64,000 nt of DNA. Origin: Akkermansiaceae bacterium. GTDB lineage: Bacteria; Verrucomicrobiota; Verrucomicrobiia; Verrucomicrobiales; Akkermansiaceae. Made by a program: the position numbers and the translations under genes. The notes below the pieces were generated by a model. That model searched no databases, had not been told where the DNA came from, and saw only the letters and a list, made by a program, of their open reading frames with translations. This document shows, piece after piece, positions 38,292 to 50,742 of the stretch. The stretch covers positions 8,711 through 72,710 of the forward strand of contig JANRFH010000016.1 in NCBI GenBank assembly GCA_030725745.1, in the 5' to 3' direction. The first letter of the stretch is position 1, and the number at the start of each line of letters is the position of its first letter.

Positions 38292-39437
38292 ATGAGCGAT
38301 TACAACGATCCATTTCAAGAAGCACGTGGCAAGTGCCCGATTCATGTCGGCACTTTTGACGGAGAGAAAGTACCGATGATTCTTCGCCTCAAAGATGTGC
38401 GAACAGCGGCGAAGGACTCCACGACTTTCAGTTCCGATGCGCCACTGCGGGTGCCGATACCTTCGGAAAAAGATGTGCGGACGGTGCGGCAGTATCCGTT
38501 GGAAGTAGATCCTCCGGTGCATGCGGAGTATCGAAAAATCGTCGAGCCGTTTTTCCTTCGCCCGAAGCAGCCGGATGTGCTTGCAAAAATCCATGGCTTG
38601 ATCGATTCGCTTTTGAACAAGGCTCTGGAGGCGGGCTCGATTGATGCGGTGAAGGATTTCGCGATTCCACTTCAGTCCTATGCATTGACCTACCTGCTCA
38701 ATGTTTCGGAAAAGGAAGCGGAGCTATGGGTGAGTTGGGGAATTCATGTGTTCAAGGATGGCGACGGGAAATCCAAAGGGCCATTCATGGAAAAATACTG
38801 CCAGCAGATGTTCGAGGCTGCGGCGGAGAATCCGGGTGATGATTTTTTCTCTGCGCTTAATCAAGCGGAGTTCCAGGGGCGCCTCCTCACCATGGAGGAA
38901 AAGCTTGGTTATGCGAATATCGCCTTCGCGGGTGGACGCGATACCATCATCCATACGGCCACGCGGATCATTGCCTACTTTGCAGAACATCCCGAGGCCT
39001 TAGATTGGATTCGTGAGAACCCGGCTCGGATCAATCTGGCCTCCGAAGAGTTCTTCCGCCTGTTCATACCACTCACGCATATCGGTAGGGTTTGTCCGGT
39101 GAAGACGGATGTGCATGGATTCGAGGTGCAGGCTGAGGGGCGTGTTTCCCTGTGCTGGTCTTCCGCGAACCGTGATCCCGAGGTGTTTGACGAACCGAAC
39201 GAAGTGAAGCTCGACCGGAAACCAAACCCGCACGTGGCATTCGGATTCGGAGCGCACAACTGCCTCGGTGCACATCATGCGCGAGCCATCATGCGTGGCT
39301 TGATCAAGGCGCTCTCAGAGAAGGTTTCCGACATAGAGGTTCTTGAAACTACGGAACTTGTTGAGAGGGAACCTGATTACACCCGGATGGTCGGCTACGA
39401 ACTGCTGAGGACGAAATTCACCAAGCTTTCATCATGA
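38292..39437 (+). CDS. Cytochrome P450 monooxygenase (compact, 381 aa); candidate 6-O-methyl-D-galactose demethylase
   Basis: The heme loop is FGFGAHNCLGAHHA, the I-helix is AFAGGRDTI and the ExxR motif is EEFFRL. It lies immediately downstream of the ferredoxin gene. Confidence 0.85.
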   Translation: MSDYNDPFQEARGKCPIHVGTFDGEKVPMILRLKDVRTAAKDSTTFSSDAPLRVPIPSEKDVRTVRQYPLEVDPPVHAEYRKIVEPFFLRPKQPDVLAKIHGLIDSLLNKALEAGSIDAVKDFAIPLQSYALTYLLNVSEKEAELWVSWGIHVFKDGDGKSKGPFMEKYCQQMFEAAAENPGDDFFSALNQAEFQGRLLTMEEKLGYANIAFAGGRDTIIHTATRIIAYFAEHPEALDWIRENPARINLASEEFFRLFIPLTHIGRVCPVKTDVHGFEVQAEGRVSLCWSSANRDPEVFDEPNEVKLDRKPNPHVAFGFGAHNCLGAHHARAIMRGLIKALSEKVSDIEVLETTELVEREPDYTRMVGYELLRTKFTKLSS

Positions 39438-40543
39438 TTTTTCAAGCGAAGGCGGCAGTCGCCGACAACAAGGGATCTTTCACCATTGAAGAGATCGAGG
39501 TTCATCCGCCCGGGGCGGGGGAGGTACGCGTGGCGCTCAAGGCGTCCGGCATCTGCCACACCGATTACGATTCACTGAACTGGGGCTACCACCACGTGCT
39601 TGGCCACGAGGGTGCTGGTATCGTGGAGTCGGTGGGCGAGGGAGTGACTCATGTGAAGGCCGGCGACAAGGTGCTGCTCAACTGGGCGATTCCGTGCCGC
39701 TGCTGCTATCAATGCCAGACCGGGCATCAGAATATCTGTGAGAAGAATTCGCCCGTCACCGGCTCAAATCCCGATGACGGCGCAGCTCAGGCGGGAACGA
39801 CGCGATGGAGGGGCGAGGCTCTGAAACGTTCGTTCAACATTGGAACGCTTAGCAATTACACCGTGGTGAAACAAGAGGCGGTGATTCCCTACAATGTGGA
39901 AATTCCTTTTGAATCCGCCTGCATCATCGGTTGCGGCGTGATGACCGGCTACGGATCGGTGGTAAATGCGGCCAAGCTCGCGGCCGGTAGCAGTGCCGTG
40001 ATCCTTGGCACGGGAGGTGTTGGGCTCAATGTCATTCAAGGCGCTCGCATTTCGGGTGCTGCGAAAATCATCGCAGTCGACGTGAATCAACAACGTCTCG
40101 ACATGGCCAAGCAGTTTGGTGCGACGCATCTGATCTTGGCTGACAGGGACGATGTGGGACTCATGAAAGCATCAGAAAAAGTCAAAGAACTCTGTGGCGG
40201 AAGAGGCGCTGATTATGGGTTCGAATGCACGGGTATTCCTGCGCTCGGTGCGGCTCCGTTGGCGATGGTTCGCAATGCGGGAACGGCAGTGCAGGTTTCC
40301 GGAATCGAGCAGACCATAGAGATCGATATGAACCTGTTCGAGTGGGACAAAATTTACATGAACCCGCTCTATGGCATGGCGATGCCCGAGTTTGATTTCC
40401 CGAAACTTTTGGATCTCTACAGTCAGGGTGCTCTGATGCTGGATGAATTGATCACCCGAACCTATGCGCTCGAAAACTTGCAACAGGCGATCGACGATAT
40501 GATGGCTGGCCGCAATGCCAAGGGAGTCGTGGTATTTCCATAA
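39434..40543 (+). CDS. Zn-dependent alcohol dehydrogenase (class III-like MDR)
   Basis: GICHTDY, GHEGAGIVESVGEGV and the Cys cluster CRCCYQCQTGHQNIC are present. An ATGA overlap joins it to the P450 stop. Confidence 0.85.
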   Translation: MIFQAKAAVADNKGSFTIEEIEVHPPGAGEVRVALKASGICHTDYDSLNWGYHHVLGHEGAGIVESVGEGVTHVKAGDKVLLNWAIPCRCCYQCQTGHQNICEKNSPVTGSNPDDGAAQAGTTRWRGEALKRSFNIGTLSNYTVVKQEAVIPYNVEIPFESACIIGCGVMTGYGSVVNAAKLAAGSSAVILGTGGVGLNVIQGARISGAAKIIAVDVNQQRLDMAKQFGATHLILADRDDVGLMKASEKVKELCGGRGADYGFECTGIPALGAAPLAMVRNAGTAVQVSGIEQTIEIDMNLFEWDKIYMNPLYGMAMPEFDFPKLLDLYSQGALMLDELITRTYALENLQQAIDDMMAGRNAKGVVVFP

Positions 40544-40544
40544 T

Positions 40545-41354
40545 ATGACTGACCAAGCATCCTATTTCCGAACCACCGAGACCGGAGATTTTCCCTGTCC
40601 GGGTGGTATCTTGAAACATATGACCGTGAAGAGCCCGGCGCTGGGTGCGCGGGTAGACGCCTCGGTTTATGTGCCGGAGCAGGCAAAGGGTCTTGAAAAC
40701 GTGCCGGTGGTGATCCTCCTGCACGGCGTCTACGGTAGTCACTGGATTTGGGCGGGGATGGGCAAGGCACATACGTCGCTGCAATCGCTGATCGATGCGG
40801 GCGAAATTGAGCCGATGATTTTAGTGATGCCATCCGACGGTTTGTGGGGCGATGGCAGCGCCTACCTGAAGCACAACAGCAAGGATTTCGAGAAATGGGT
40901 TGTCGATGAGGTGCCGCGACTCGTGAGTGAGGTCACAGGCAACTCACCGGATGCGCCGCTTTTCATAGCCGGGCTTTCGATGGGTGGGTACGGCGCTCTG
41001 CGCATCGGCGCGACCTATCCGGATCGTTTCACGGCCTTCGCAGGGCATTCATCGATCACGCGTTTCAGTGAGATGAGCCAGTTTGTCGAAGAGCCGCTGG
41101 ATGCTTACGGGGAAATCGATGAAGAGGAGAACACCGTGATCAACACGATACTGCGAAACAAGGATAGCCTGCCACCGTTTCACTTCGATTGCGGAGTGGA
41201 TGATGAGTTGATCGAGGGGAATCGCCGGCTTTACGCGGAGTTGCGTGAAGCGGGGATCAGTTGTTCCTATCAGGAGTTCCCAGGCGGCCACGAATGGCCA
41301 TACTGGGTAGAGCATATCCGGGATACGTTTCTGTTCTTTGGTCGCTGCAGGTAG
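40545..41354 (+). CDS. Esterase-D/putative-esterase family serine hydrolase
   Basis: The nucleophile elbow is GLSMGGYGAL, and VVILLHG and FPGGHEW are also present. The start is trimmed to the ATG at 40545, 1 nt after the ADH stop. Confidence 0.7.
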   Translation: MTDQASYFRTTETGDFPCPGGILKHMTVKSPALGARVDASVYVPEQAKGLENVPVVILLHGVYGSHWIWAGMGKAHTSLQSLIDAGEIEPMILVMPSDGLWGDGSAYLKHNSKDFEKWVVDEVPRLVSEVTGNSPDAPLFIAGLSMGGYGALRIGATYPDRFTAFAGHSSITRFSEMSQFVEEPLDAYGEIDEEENTVINTILRNKDSLPPFHFDCGVDDELIEGNRRLYAELREAGISCSYQEFPGGHEWPYWVEHIRDTFLFFGRCR

Positions 41355-41379
41355 TGCGGGATGGGTGCCGGAGAGTCGC

Positions 41380-42816
41380 TTAGTTGGGGATTTCGTTGAG
41401 CGTGTAGTAGGCGTCTTGGTGCAAGAGCGGTTCGCCTTTGGCGGATCGGACTCCGATTGACTCAAGGTGGTGAACGTGTCCTCGGACGAGGCCTTCGATC
41501 TTGAGTTGGACGGATTTATTATCGGGGGAGATGGTGGCGGAAGTGATTTTGGGTGTGGCCTGATCGACTTCCGGGCTGCCGTAAGTGTGCTGGAGGATGT
41601 AGGTCCAGGCTTCCATCGAATAGCTGGCGGGATTTCCGGCGGATGTGGGATCGACGGGTTCAGTGAAATTGAGGGTGAAGCCGTCGTGATTGGCGGTCAT
41701 GGTGAGGATTTCAAAGGGAGTTTTCCCCGTCCATCTGACACGCTCGAAGGTGAACGGCTTCTTGCCGCGCGAACCCCATCCGCGGTTGGAACCGCCAGCG
41801 AAAATGATGCCGGCTTCATCGTCGAAGCGGATCGGGATGAGGCCGGCCTCAAAGCCTTCGAGGAAATGAAAGACGGCTCCCTGATAGATGCCGTTGACCA
41901 TTTCGAGGCAGACGCGCTGGACTTGTGAATGGGTTTGCTCGCCGACGTAGAGTTGCTTTTCCCACGGGCCGAACTTTCCACCGCTCTGGTCGCAGGCGAT
42001 ACCGGTGGGTGACTGTCCGACTTTCCCATGAGGGAAAATGACGGCGGGCGGGATGAATCTCGGATCCTTGAGGCGCTCGGCGAGGATTCTAGATGGGTCG
42101 GCGGGTTGCGGTGGGGCGGGGAGGTCGGCGAGTTTGTGGTATTTGTTGCCGGTGGGGTTTCCTTGAAACGATCCGGGCTTGAGCCACTTGAGAGAGGATG
42201 AGCCGTTCCAGAGGCCTTGGTTATCGGTGTAGAAGGCGTCTCCTTGGGCGTTGAATCCGATGCCTCCCGGGGAGCGGATGCCAGAGCAGGTGGGAATCAT
42301 TTTTCCGTCCGGGGTGATGCGGACGCACCAGCCGCGCCAATCGGATCTGGCGGAGGCGGAGCCGGTAAGGCAAAGGGCGATCCAGACATCGCCGTTCTTG
42401 TCCGGTGTGCTGCCGAAAGCATACTCGTGGTAGTCGCCATTGATTCCCCAGTCGGCGTTGATGGTTTCGAAGGTGTCGGCGATGCCATTGCCGGAGGAGT
42501 CCTTGATGCGTGAAAACTCGGGACGTTGGGATAGAAAGAGCCAGCCGTCTTTGTAGAACATGCCGAGCGGTTCGTGGAGGCCTGCGGTGAGTTTTTTCCA
42601 CGAAACTTTGGAAAGATCGTCATCATAGGCACCCGAGCAAATCCAGACATCGCCGCGGCGGGTGGCGACGGCGATTTGTTTCTCGGGCATCAGCGCGATG
42701 GAGCTGATTTCCATGACTTCACCTTTGGGTAGAGGGATTTCCTCGCGGTTGTAATAGTCCGAGTGGGTAGCGGCGTGTGCCAGGTTAAGGGTTAGAAATA
42801 GTGTAAGTAGACGCAT
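41380..42816 (-). CDS. Secreted beta-propeller protein of the PVC 'membrane-bound dehydrogenase domain' type
   Basis: A signal peptide is followed by EEIPLPKGEVMEISSIALMPEKQIAVATRRGDVWI, which resembles the N-terminal region of large PVC heme-binding dehydrogenase-like proteins. A C-terminal Ig-like segment is present. Confidence 0.6.
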   Translation of the reverse strand: MRLLTLFLTLNLAHAATHSDYYNREEIPLPKGEVMEISSIALMPEKQIAVATRRGDVWICSGAYDDDLSKVSWKKLTAGLHEPLGMFYKDGWLFLSQRPEFSRIKDSSGNGIADTFETINADWGINGDYHEYAFGSTPDKNGDVWIALCLTGSASARSDWRGWCVRITPDGKMIPTCSGIRSPGGIGFNAQGDAFYTDNQGLWNGSSSLKWLKPGSFQGNPTGNKYHKLADLPAPPQPADPSRILAERLKDPRFIPPAVIFPHGKVGQSPTGIACDQSGGKFGPWEKQLYVGEQTHSQVQRVCLEMVNGIYQGAVFHFLEGFEAGLIPIRFDDEAGIIFAGGSNRGWGSRGKKPFTFERVRWTGKTPFEILTMTANHDGFTLNFTEPVDPTSAGNPASYSMEAWTYILQHTYGSPEVDQATPKITSATISPDNKSVQLKIEGLVRGHVHHLESIGVRSAKGEPLLHQDAYYTLNEIPN

Positions 42817-42867
42817 GTAAAGAATGAGGTTCTGGATTGGACTTGGAATTAGGAGATTGTGGGAGGG

Positions 42868-44382
42868 TTATTTCTTCCAAGTGTAGGTCAGGGTGGCGGA
42901 CTGTCCCGGGGTGAGACTGATGAACGACTTACTGTTCTTGGTCTGGAGGTTCACACCCTCGAGCTGGAGTAGGAGGTTGTTAGCTAGGTCATATAGGTTG
43001 GTTCCGGCGGGTTGGGGGTGGAGCAGGTCGGTGATGAGAATATCAACCGGGTCAGAACCTTGCCCGCTGAGTGAGAATTTGCGGGTGAGCCCGTTAGGAG
43101 CGGGCAGCCATGCGTCTGTCAGCAGACTGTCGCCGATCATTGCGCTGAAGGATGGATTTCCTGCGTCGTCGAGTTTGTAGCCCTTGAATTGTGCGCCTGC
43201 GGGTAGTGCGGGTGAATTGGAGAGTTTGATAACGTTTTTTCCTGCCGGGGGCTCGTTGCCTTGGCCGCGCTGGTACCAATGATGTCCACCGTCCATAAAT
43301 GGGCCAGTCCAGATGAGCTCGGTGGTGAGGCGGTCTGCCGAGTATGCGAGGTTCACGCCGCCGGGGAAACCGAAACCAATCGCCCGCGGAGTGGTGCCGG
43401 CAATGAAGTTCCGATACATGGCTGTGTGTTCAGCGGTGGGCTTGATGGGTATCGAAGGCCAGATGGGGCCGGAGTCACCCTTGATTTCAGAGAGCCAGTT
43501 CCAAGTCTTGTTTTGGTTCTTTCTGCCGGATTTCCAGCCAAGGGAGATGCCCTTTTTTCCGTTCACCTGAAGGTATTCGATGCGGATGGGGTAGGAGCCT
43601 TGGGTGAGCCAGATCTCTTCGGTCTTGGCACGCTTGGATCCCATGGGGCCGATTCCGGTGACTTCGACGAGGAGTTCCCCGTCAATGAAAACGCGGGCGC
43701 TATCGTCAGCATCAAGTGCGAACGTGTAGGGTGCTCCAGCTTTTTTTGTACTAGCGGGGGGGGCATTGGCGATGAACTGACCCTCCCATACAATGGCGAA
43801 GTGGACCTCCTTCGGGGACTGCTCCGCACTAATGATGCCGAACTGCTCCTCTTCTACGCTGTCTGGCTTGAGGGTGCTGAAGTCCGGGAGCTCGGTCCAG
43901 GAGCCTGAAAAGACCGAGGAAGTGATGTTTTTGAGAGCGGTCACTTCGAGAGGCAGTGGGTGTTCCATCAGAATTTCCTCGGGCGTCCATGGTTTGGTGC
44001 GATCTGTGCTGGCGGCACGAACGGATTTCACCAAGTTCGGAGTGATGGCACTTTCGTTGTTTCCCCATGCGCTGCGGACATATGTGAGAATGGCGGCCAG
44101 TTGATCGTCAGGGAGCAGTGCGCCTTGCGGTGGCATCGCAAGATTGTAGTCTTTGCCGAGCACTTGAATGGGGCCCTCGAGGCCGTTGAGCACGACCTTG
44201 ATTGCGCGCTGGCCATCGCCCTTCAACCATGGGCTCTTCGCCAATGGGGGAAATGCTCCTCCTGTTGCGCCCTTGCCATCGGCACCGTGACACGCGGAGC
44301 AATAGAGTGTGTAAAGTTGCTCACCATCCTGGGCGGATAGCGGAGAGGCGACTGCAAGCAGAAGAAAGAGGCGGTGGATCAT
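42868..44382 (-). CDS. Secreted c-type cytochrome fused to a PA14 domain
   Basis: The heme motif is LYCSACHGADGKG, with the downstream Met ligand region LAMPPQ. The PA14-like segment is YTFALDADDSARVFIDGELLVEV...GSYPIRIEYLQ. Confidence 0.75.
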   Translation of the reverse strand: MIHRLFLLLAVASPLSAQDGEQLYTLYCSACHGADGKGATGGAFPPLAKSPWLKGDGQRAIKVVLNGLEGPIQVLGKDYNLAMPPQGALLPDDQLAAILTYVRSAWGNNESAITPNLVKSVRAASTDRTKPWTPEEILMEHPLPLEVTALKNITSSVFSGSWTELPDFSTLKPDSVEEEQFGIISAEQSPKEVHFAIVWEGQFIANAPPASTKKAGAPYTFALDADDSARVFIDGELLVEVTGIGPMGSKRAKTEEIWLTQGSYPIRIEYLQVNGKKGISLGWKSGRKNQNKTWNWLSEIKGDSGPIWPSIPIKPTAEHTAMYRNFIAGTTPRAIGFGFPGGVNLAYSADRLTTELIWTGPFMDGGHHWYQRGQGNEPPAGKNVIKLSNSPALPAGAQFKGYKLDDAGNPSFSAMIGDSLLTDAWLPAPNGLTRKFSLSGQGSDPVDILITDLLHPQPAGTNLYDLANNLLLQLEGVNLQTKNSKSFISLTPGQSATLTYTWKK

Positions 44383-44502
44383 GATTAGGATATGTATGGG
44401 ATTGTTGCCGGAGTGATAGCCGAGTGTCTAATTCGCCTATATCGGAGAATGCTTTTGGTTTTGGTGAGGTTCAAGAGGACGAGTCAGGGTCGATTTACCA
44501 TT

Positions 44503-45576
44503 TCACTCGTAGGTTTCCCGTTTCATGAAATATTCCTTGAGGGATTCATCGATCTCGAAGCGATTTATGTAGCCGGTTCCGGTCTCGTCGTCCACGACGT
44601 GGCAGAGTCCCCAGCGCAGGCCTTCGAGCGGGCCTATATCGTGATCCGACGTTCGGAAGAGTCCGTTGGCATGTGGCGCGCCCTTGATGACCGCCTGAAT
44701 TTCGAAGTTAATGCCGTCCGGTGCCCATTGCAGGGTGTTCTTCTCGGGGCCGTCGGTGGTGAGCATGGCGGCGATTCCGCCGTTATAGTGCCAGACGCAG
44801 ACTTCGTGGCCGGAATTGGTGACAGGGTTGTATTCGCTGCGGATGTATGGGCCTTCGATCTTGTCGGCGATGGCTACTCCCCACTTGGTCTCTCGCCCGC
44901 CGAAGAACATCTCTTCACCCATAGGCTCGCCCTTGTAGTAGAGGCAAAATTTCCCCTGATAGAACATGAGGGTGGGATCGTGCACCTTGTGACTGTCGAA
45001 GCTGCCTTTTTTCTTTACGAGGAAACGGTTGTCCTCTTCGCCCTCCCATTCGCCATCGGCGGATGCCTCGAGTATGGGGCCGGGGAGTTTTGTCCATGGG
45101 CCGGAGGGGGAGTCCGCGACGGCGAGGGAGATGTTTTCAAACGAACGCCGGAGGTAGGGAGATATGACGACTTGATAGACGAGATAGTATTTCCCCTCGT
45201 GGGCGAGGATTTCCGGAGTAAAGACGCTGCGATCGTCATAAGATCCCTTTGAACCGCGGGCGACAGCGAGGGACTGTTCCTCCCAATGCCAGCCGTCCGT
45301 GCTGGTGGCGTACCAGATATCGCAGTGATCCCATGGGAATGTCTTGGCGTCGAGGTCGCCCGATCCGAAACCATGGCTCCTGCCCTTAGATTTGCTGTAC
45401 CATACGTGAAAGAGTCCGTCGGCGTGGATCACGGCGCTGGGGTCTCGGCGGGTTACTTCGGGATCGTTTTCGGCGAGGTCGCCTGTGATGGGTTTGGTGA
45501 CGATTTCACAGAACCACTCCGGGCCTTTAGTGTAATTGAGGGCACGAAGGGAGGCGGCGCTGAGTTTTTTTTCCAT
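44503..45576 (-). CDS. GH117 alpha-1,3-(3,6-anhydro)-L-galactosidase (alpha-neoagarobiose hydrolase-like)
   Basis: The five-bladed propeller blocks [55 protein letters not shown] and [18 protein letters not shown] match the recalled GH117 pattern. The start is trimmed to [10 protein letters not shown] (ATG complement at 45574-45576). Confidence 0.8.
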   Translation of the reverse strand: MEKKLSAASLRALNYTKGPEWFCEIVTKPITGDLAENDPEVTRRDPSAVIHADGLFHVWYSKSKGRSHGFGSGDLDAKTFPWDHCDIWYATSTDGWHWEEQSLAVARGSKGSYDDRSVFTPEILAHEGKYYLVYQVVISPYLRRSFENISLAVADSPSGPWTKLPGPILEASADGEWEGEEDNRFLVKKKGSFDSHKVHDPTLMFYQGKFCLYYKGEPMGEEMFFGGRETKWGVAIADKIEGPYIRSEYNPVTNSGHEVCVWHYNGGIAAMLTTDGPEKNTLQWAPDGINFEIQAVIKGAPHANGLFRTSDHDIGPLEGLRWGLCHVVDDETGTGYINRFEIDESLKEYFMKRETYE

Positions 45577-45592
45577 GATGGTGAAGGGGGGA

Positions 45593-47182
45593 TCAGGTCT
45601 TTTGCTTCTTGATGTGCAACTCCTCGAAGACGAGTTCGACTTCCTCGATGGTCTTGTTCTTTGTTTCCGGGAGCCAGCGGTAGAGGGCGACAAGGCCGAC
45701 TGAGCACATCGCCGCATAACTCAGCAGGGTCGAGGAGGCTCCGAGGGTGGCGAGTTGCCATGGGAAAAACTGGGTGACCAGGTAACTGACGATGCTGGTG
45801 ATGAAGGCGAAGATGGGAATAGCGACCCCGCGCAGCGCGATCGGGAAAATTTCCGAAAAGAGAACCCACATAATTGGACCCACGGAGAATTGAAAGGCGG
45901 CGATAAAGCTCAATATACCAAGCAGGATGAGGGTGGCATTGATGACGGCTGCCTTCTGGATCAGGACACTGCCGTGCTCGCGGGTTTTCGTTTCACCGAT
46001 GGCTACATTCAGCGCGGTCTTGAACTCAGCATCGCTTGCATAGGTCTTTCCGACCATGGGCTGCAGGGAACCGGTGTCCACCAATTCGATAAGATCGGCC
46101 AGGGATTCATCGGTCAGTTGATAGCGGGCTTGGTGGAATCCATAGGAACAGATGGCGAGGCTCGCGATCACCCAGACCAAGCCGCCGATTACCATGGGGC
46201 GGCGACCGAAGCGGTCGATGAAGAATAGCGAGGACACCGTGGCGACGATGCTGACGAGTCCGACCCAAACCGTCTGCATGAAGGCGGAATCGGTGCCGAT
46301 GCCGAGTTGTTCGAAAACGGTGGGGGCGTAGTAGAGAACGGCGTTGATTCCTGTGGTTTGTTGGGCGATGGCGATGGCCGCTCCGACCAGAAGTGCCAGC
46401 CGCATGCGGGGGCTGAAAAGTTCTCGGAGCTGGGCGCCGATCGAACGGCTGTCATGCGCGTGGTGCATGCTTTTCTCGATATCGGCGACCTGTTCATCGA
46501 TCTCGTTTTCCGGAAGAACCTTGGCCAATACTTTGCGTGCCTGATCGGAGCGGTTGTTGAATACCAGCCAGCGGGGGCTTTCCGGGACGAAGAACAACAG
46601 GATGAGCCATAGGAGTGCAGGCAGGATTTCAGATCCTAACATCCATCTCCACGCAGCGTCCTGAAATCCAAGCGACTGCGCCCATGACGCGTCGGATTGT
46701 GAGGCTTTGAGGATGGCGTAGTTGATGAAATACGCGGCCGTCAAGCCGACGACGATGTTGATCTGGTTCATCGAGACGAGCTTGCCCCGCCACTTCGGCG
46801 GAGCGATTTCTCCGATGTACATCGCCGCCAGTGTGAGAGAGGTGAAGGCGAGGCCACCCAAGAAGCGAGCCGCCACCAGCATCATGTAACTCGTGGCCAA
46901 CGCGGACCAGACCGCCGAAGTGAGGTAGAGGGCAGCAATGACGATGAGAGCCTTTTTTCTCCCGAACTTGTCACAACAATATCCGGCGATCATCAGCGCG
47001 AACAAGACTCCCAGGCCTGGAGCGCTGACCACGGTGCCCACCTGCATGTCGGTGAGGTTCCACTCAGTGGTGATGAATCTCACGGTGCCCGAGATGAGCG
47101 CGGCATCGAGGCCGAAGACAAAGCCGCCGAGCGCGACAACGATGGCGTAGAAGAACGCGTTTCGAATTGTGGGTGTGATCAT
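45593..47182 (-). CDS. MFS sugar porter (XylE/GalP-like) with a ~60-aa loop insertion
   Basis: [29 protein letters not shown] and [10 protein letters not shown] are present. The start is trimmed to MITPTIRN (47180-47182), which overlaps the GH16 stop (ATGA). Confidence 0.85.
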   Translation of the reverse strand: MITPTIRNAFFYAIVVALGGFVFGLDAALISGTVRFITTEWNLTDMQVGTVVSAPGLGVLFALMIAGYCCDKFGRKKALIVIAALYLTSAVWSALATSYMMLVAARFLGGLAFTSLTLAAMYIGEIAPPKWRGKLVSMNQINIVVGLTAAYFINYAILKASQSDASWAQSLGFQDAAWRWMLGSEILPALLWLILLFFVPESPRWLVFNNRSDQARKVLAKVLPENEIDEQVADIEKSMHHAHDSRSIGAQLRELFSPRMRLALLVGAAIAIAQQTTGINAVLYYAPTVFEQLGIGTDSAFMQTVWVGLVSIVATVSSLFFIDRFGRRPMVIGGLVWVIASLAICSYGFHQARYQLTDESLADLIELVDTGSLQPMVGKTYASDAEFKTALNVAIGETKTREHGSVLIQKAAVINATLILLGILSFIAAFQFSVGPIMWVLFSEIFPIALRGVAIPIFAFITSIVSYLVTQFFPWQLATLGASSTLLSYAAMCSVGLVALYRWLPETKNKTIEEVELVFEELHIKKQKT

Positions 47183-48150
47183 GGGTTGGCGGGTTTGGCC
47201 GATGATTCGGAAAGCTTCCAGCAGCGCACGTAGTCGACTGCCATTTCGGTAGGAAAGCCTTCTGCGGTGGAGGCCTCGGGCACGGGTTCGCGTCCGTCCA
47301 CTCCCGACCATGAGATCAACGGGGGGCGGGGTTCCAGCGTCAGAGTGACGCTCATTGGTAGGTGCCAATAGAGATTCTCCGACTCGGCGACTTTTTTGCC
47401 GTCGATGAACCAAGTGATCTTTTCCGGAGTATTTTCGACAGCGTAGACATGGTAGTCGTCGCGGGGATCCCATGGTGCCTCCCAGCCATTGCGGCAGATT
47501 TCTGGAAAGCTGTTCGGTCGACGCCAGATTTCCTTGCCCTCCTCGTTGATAATACGAGTGTGGAGATTGCAGTCGATGTAGTTGGGTCCCATCACGCGCT
47601 TGTGGCCGGGGTCGTAGACACCTTGCAGCATTTCTACGACGTCGATTTCGCTGTAGGTTACTTTGGGATAGTCTGGATTGAGATCTTCGGGATTATTGCC
47701 ATAACTGTAGAGCCAGAACGCTGGGCAAAGGCCGGGAAACTTGCTGCACCCCTTGATGCGAGCCTCGAAATAGCCGTAGGTGGTTTTTTCGAATGACCGG
47801 AGAATGCCGACTTTATAGTAGTAGTCTTCGCCGCGATTCTTGTGCGGTTCATGGGTGGCGCGGATGATAAGTGAACCATCCTTCTGATTTACATTTTCCG
47901 GTGTCCATGCTCGGTCTCCCCATGGTGCGAGATTTTTGTCCCACTTGGTGGCGTTGAGTTCCGCAGAGTCGAATTCATCGGAAAATCGTTCGTCGAGAAC
48001 CCATTTTTTTTCCGGATCTGCGATCTCCAACAGGGGCTGCGGAGTAGAATCATCGGTAATTTTCTTATCAGGTGATTCGCACCCCGTGATCGCCAGTGCG
48101 AGAAGTATGAGGTGACACGTTTTGGAATGTATGAAGATGGAGGATTTCAT
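47179..48150 (-). CDS. GH16 beta-porphyranase/agarase-like lipoprotein
   Basis: The lipobox is LALAITGC, the catalytic motif is YSEIDVVEM and CPAFWLYS is present. The ORF is 323 aa. Confidence 0.8.
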   Translation of the reverse strand: MKSSIFIHSKTCHLILLALAITGCESPDKKITDDSTPQPLLEIADPEKKWVLDERFSDEFDSAELNATKWDKNLAPWGDRAWTPENVNQKDGSLIIRATHEPHKNRGEDYYYKVGILRSFEKTTYGYFEARIKGCSKFPGLCPAFWLYSYGNNPEDLNPDYPKVTYSEIDVVEMLQGVYDPGHKRVMGPNYIDCNLHTRIINEEGKEIWRRPNSFPEICRNGWEAPWDPRDDYHVYAVENTPEKITWFIDGKKVAESENLYWHLPMSVTLTLEPRPPLISWSGVDGREPVPEASTAEGFPTEMAVDYVRCWKLSESSAKPANP

Positions 48151-48167
48151 AGTATGGGCAGGTGCTG

Positions 48168-50723
<2,556 letters not shown>

Positions 50724-50742
50724 GGGTATGGTTTTTTATGTT

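Noticed and set aside
40545-41354. Calling the esterase an S-formylglutathione hydrolase outright.
   Set aside because: Only the family-level nucleophile elbow (GLSMGGYGAL) and the gene context support this. The N-terminal region does not clearly match the FGH pattern I recall, so the call is left at esterase-D/putative-esterase family.
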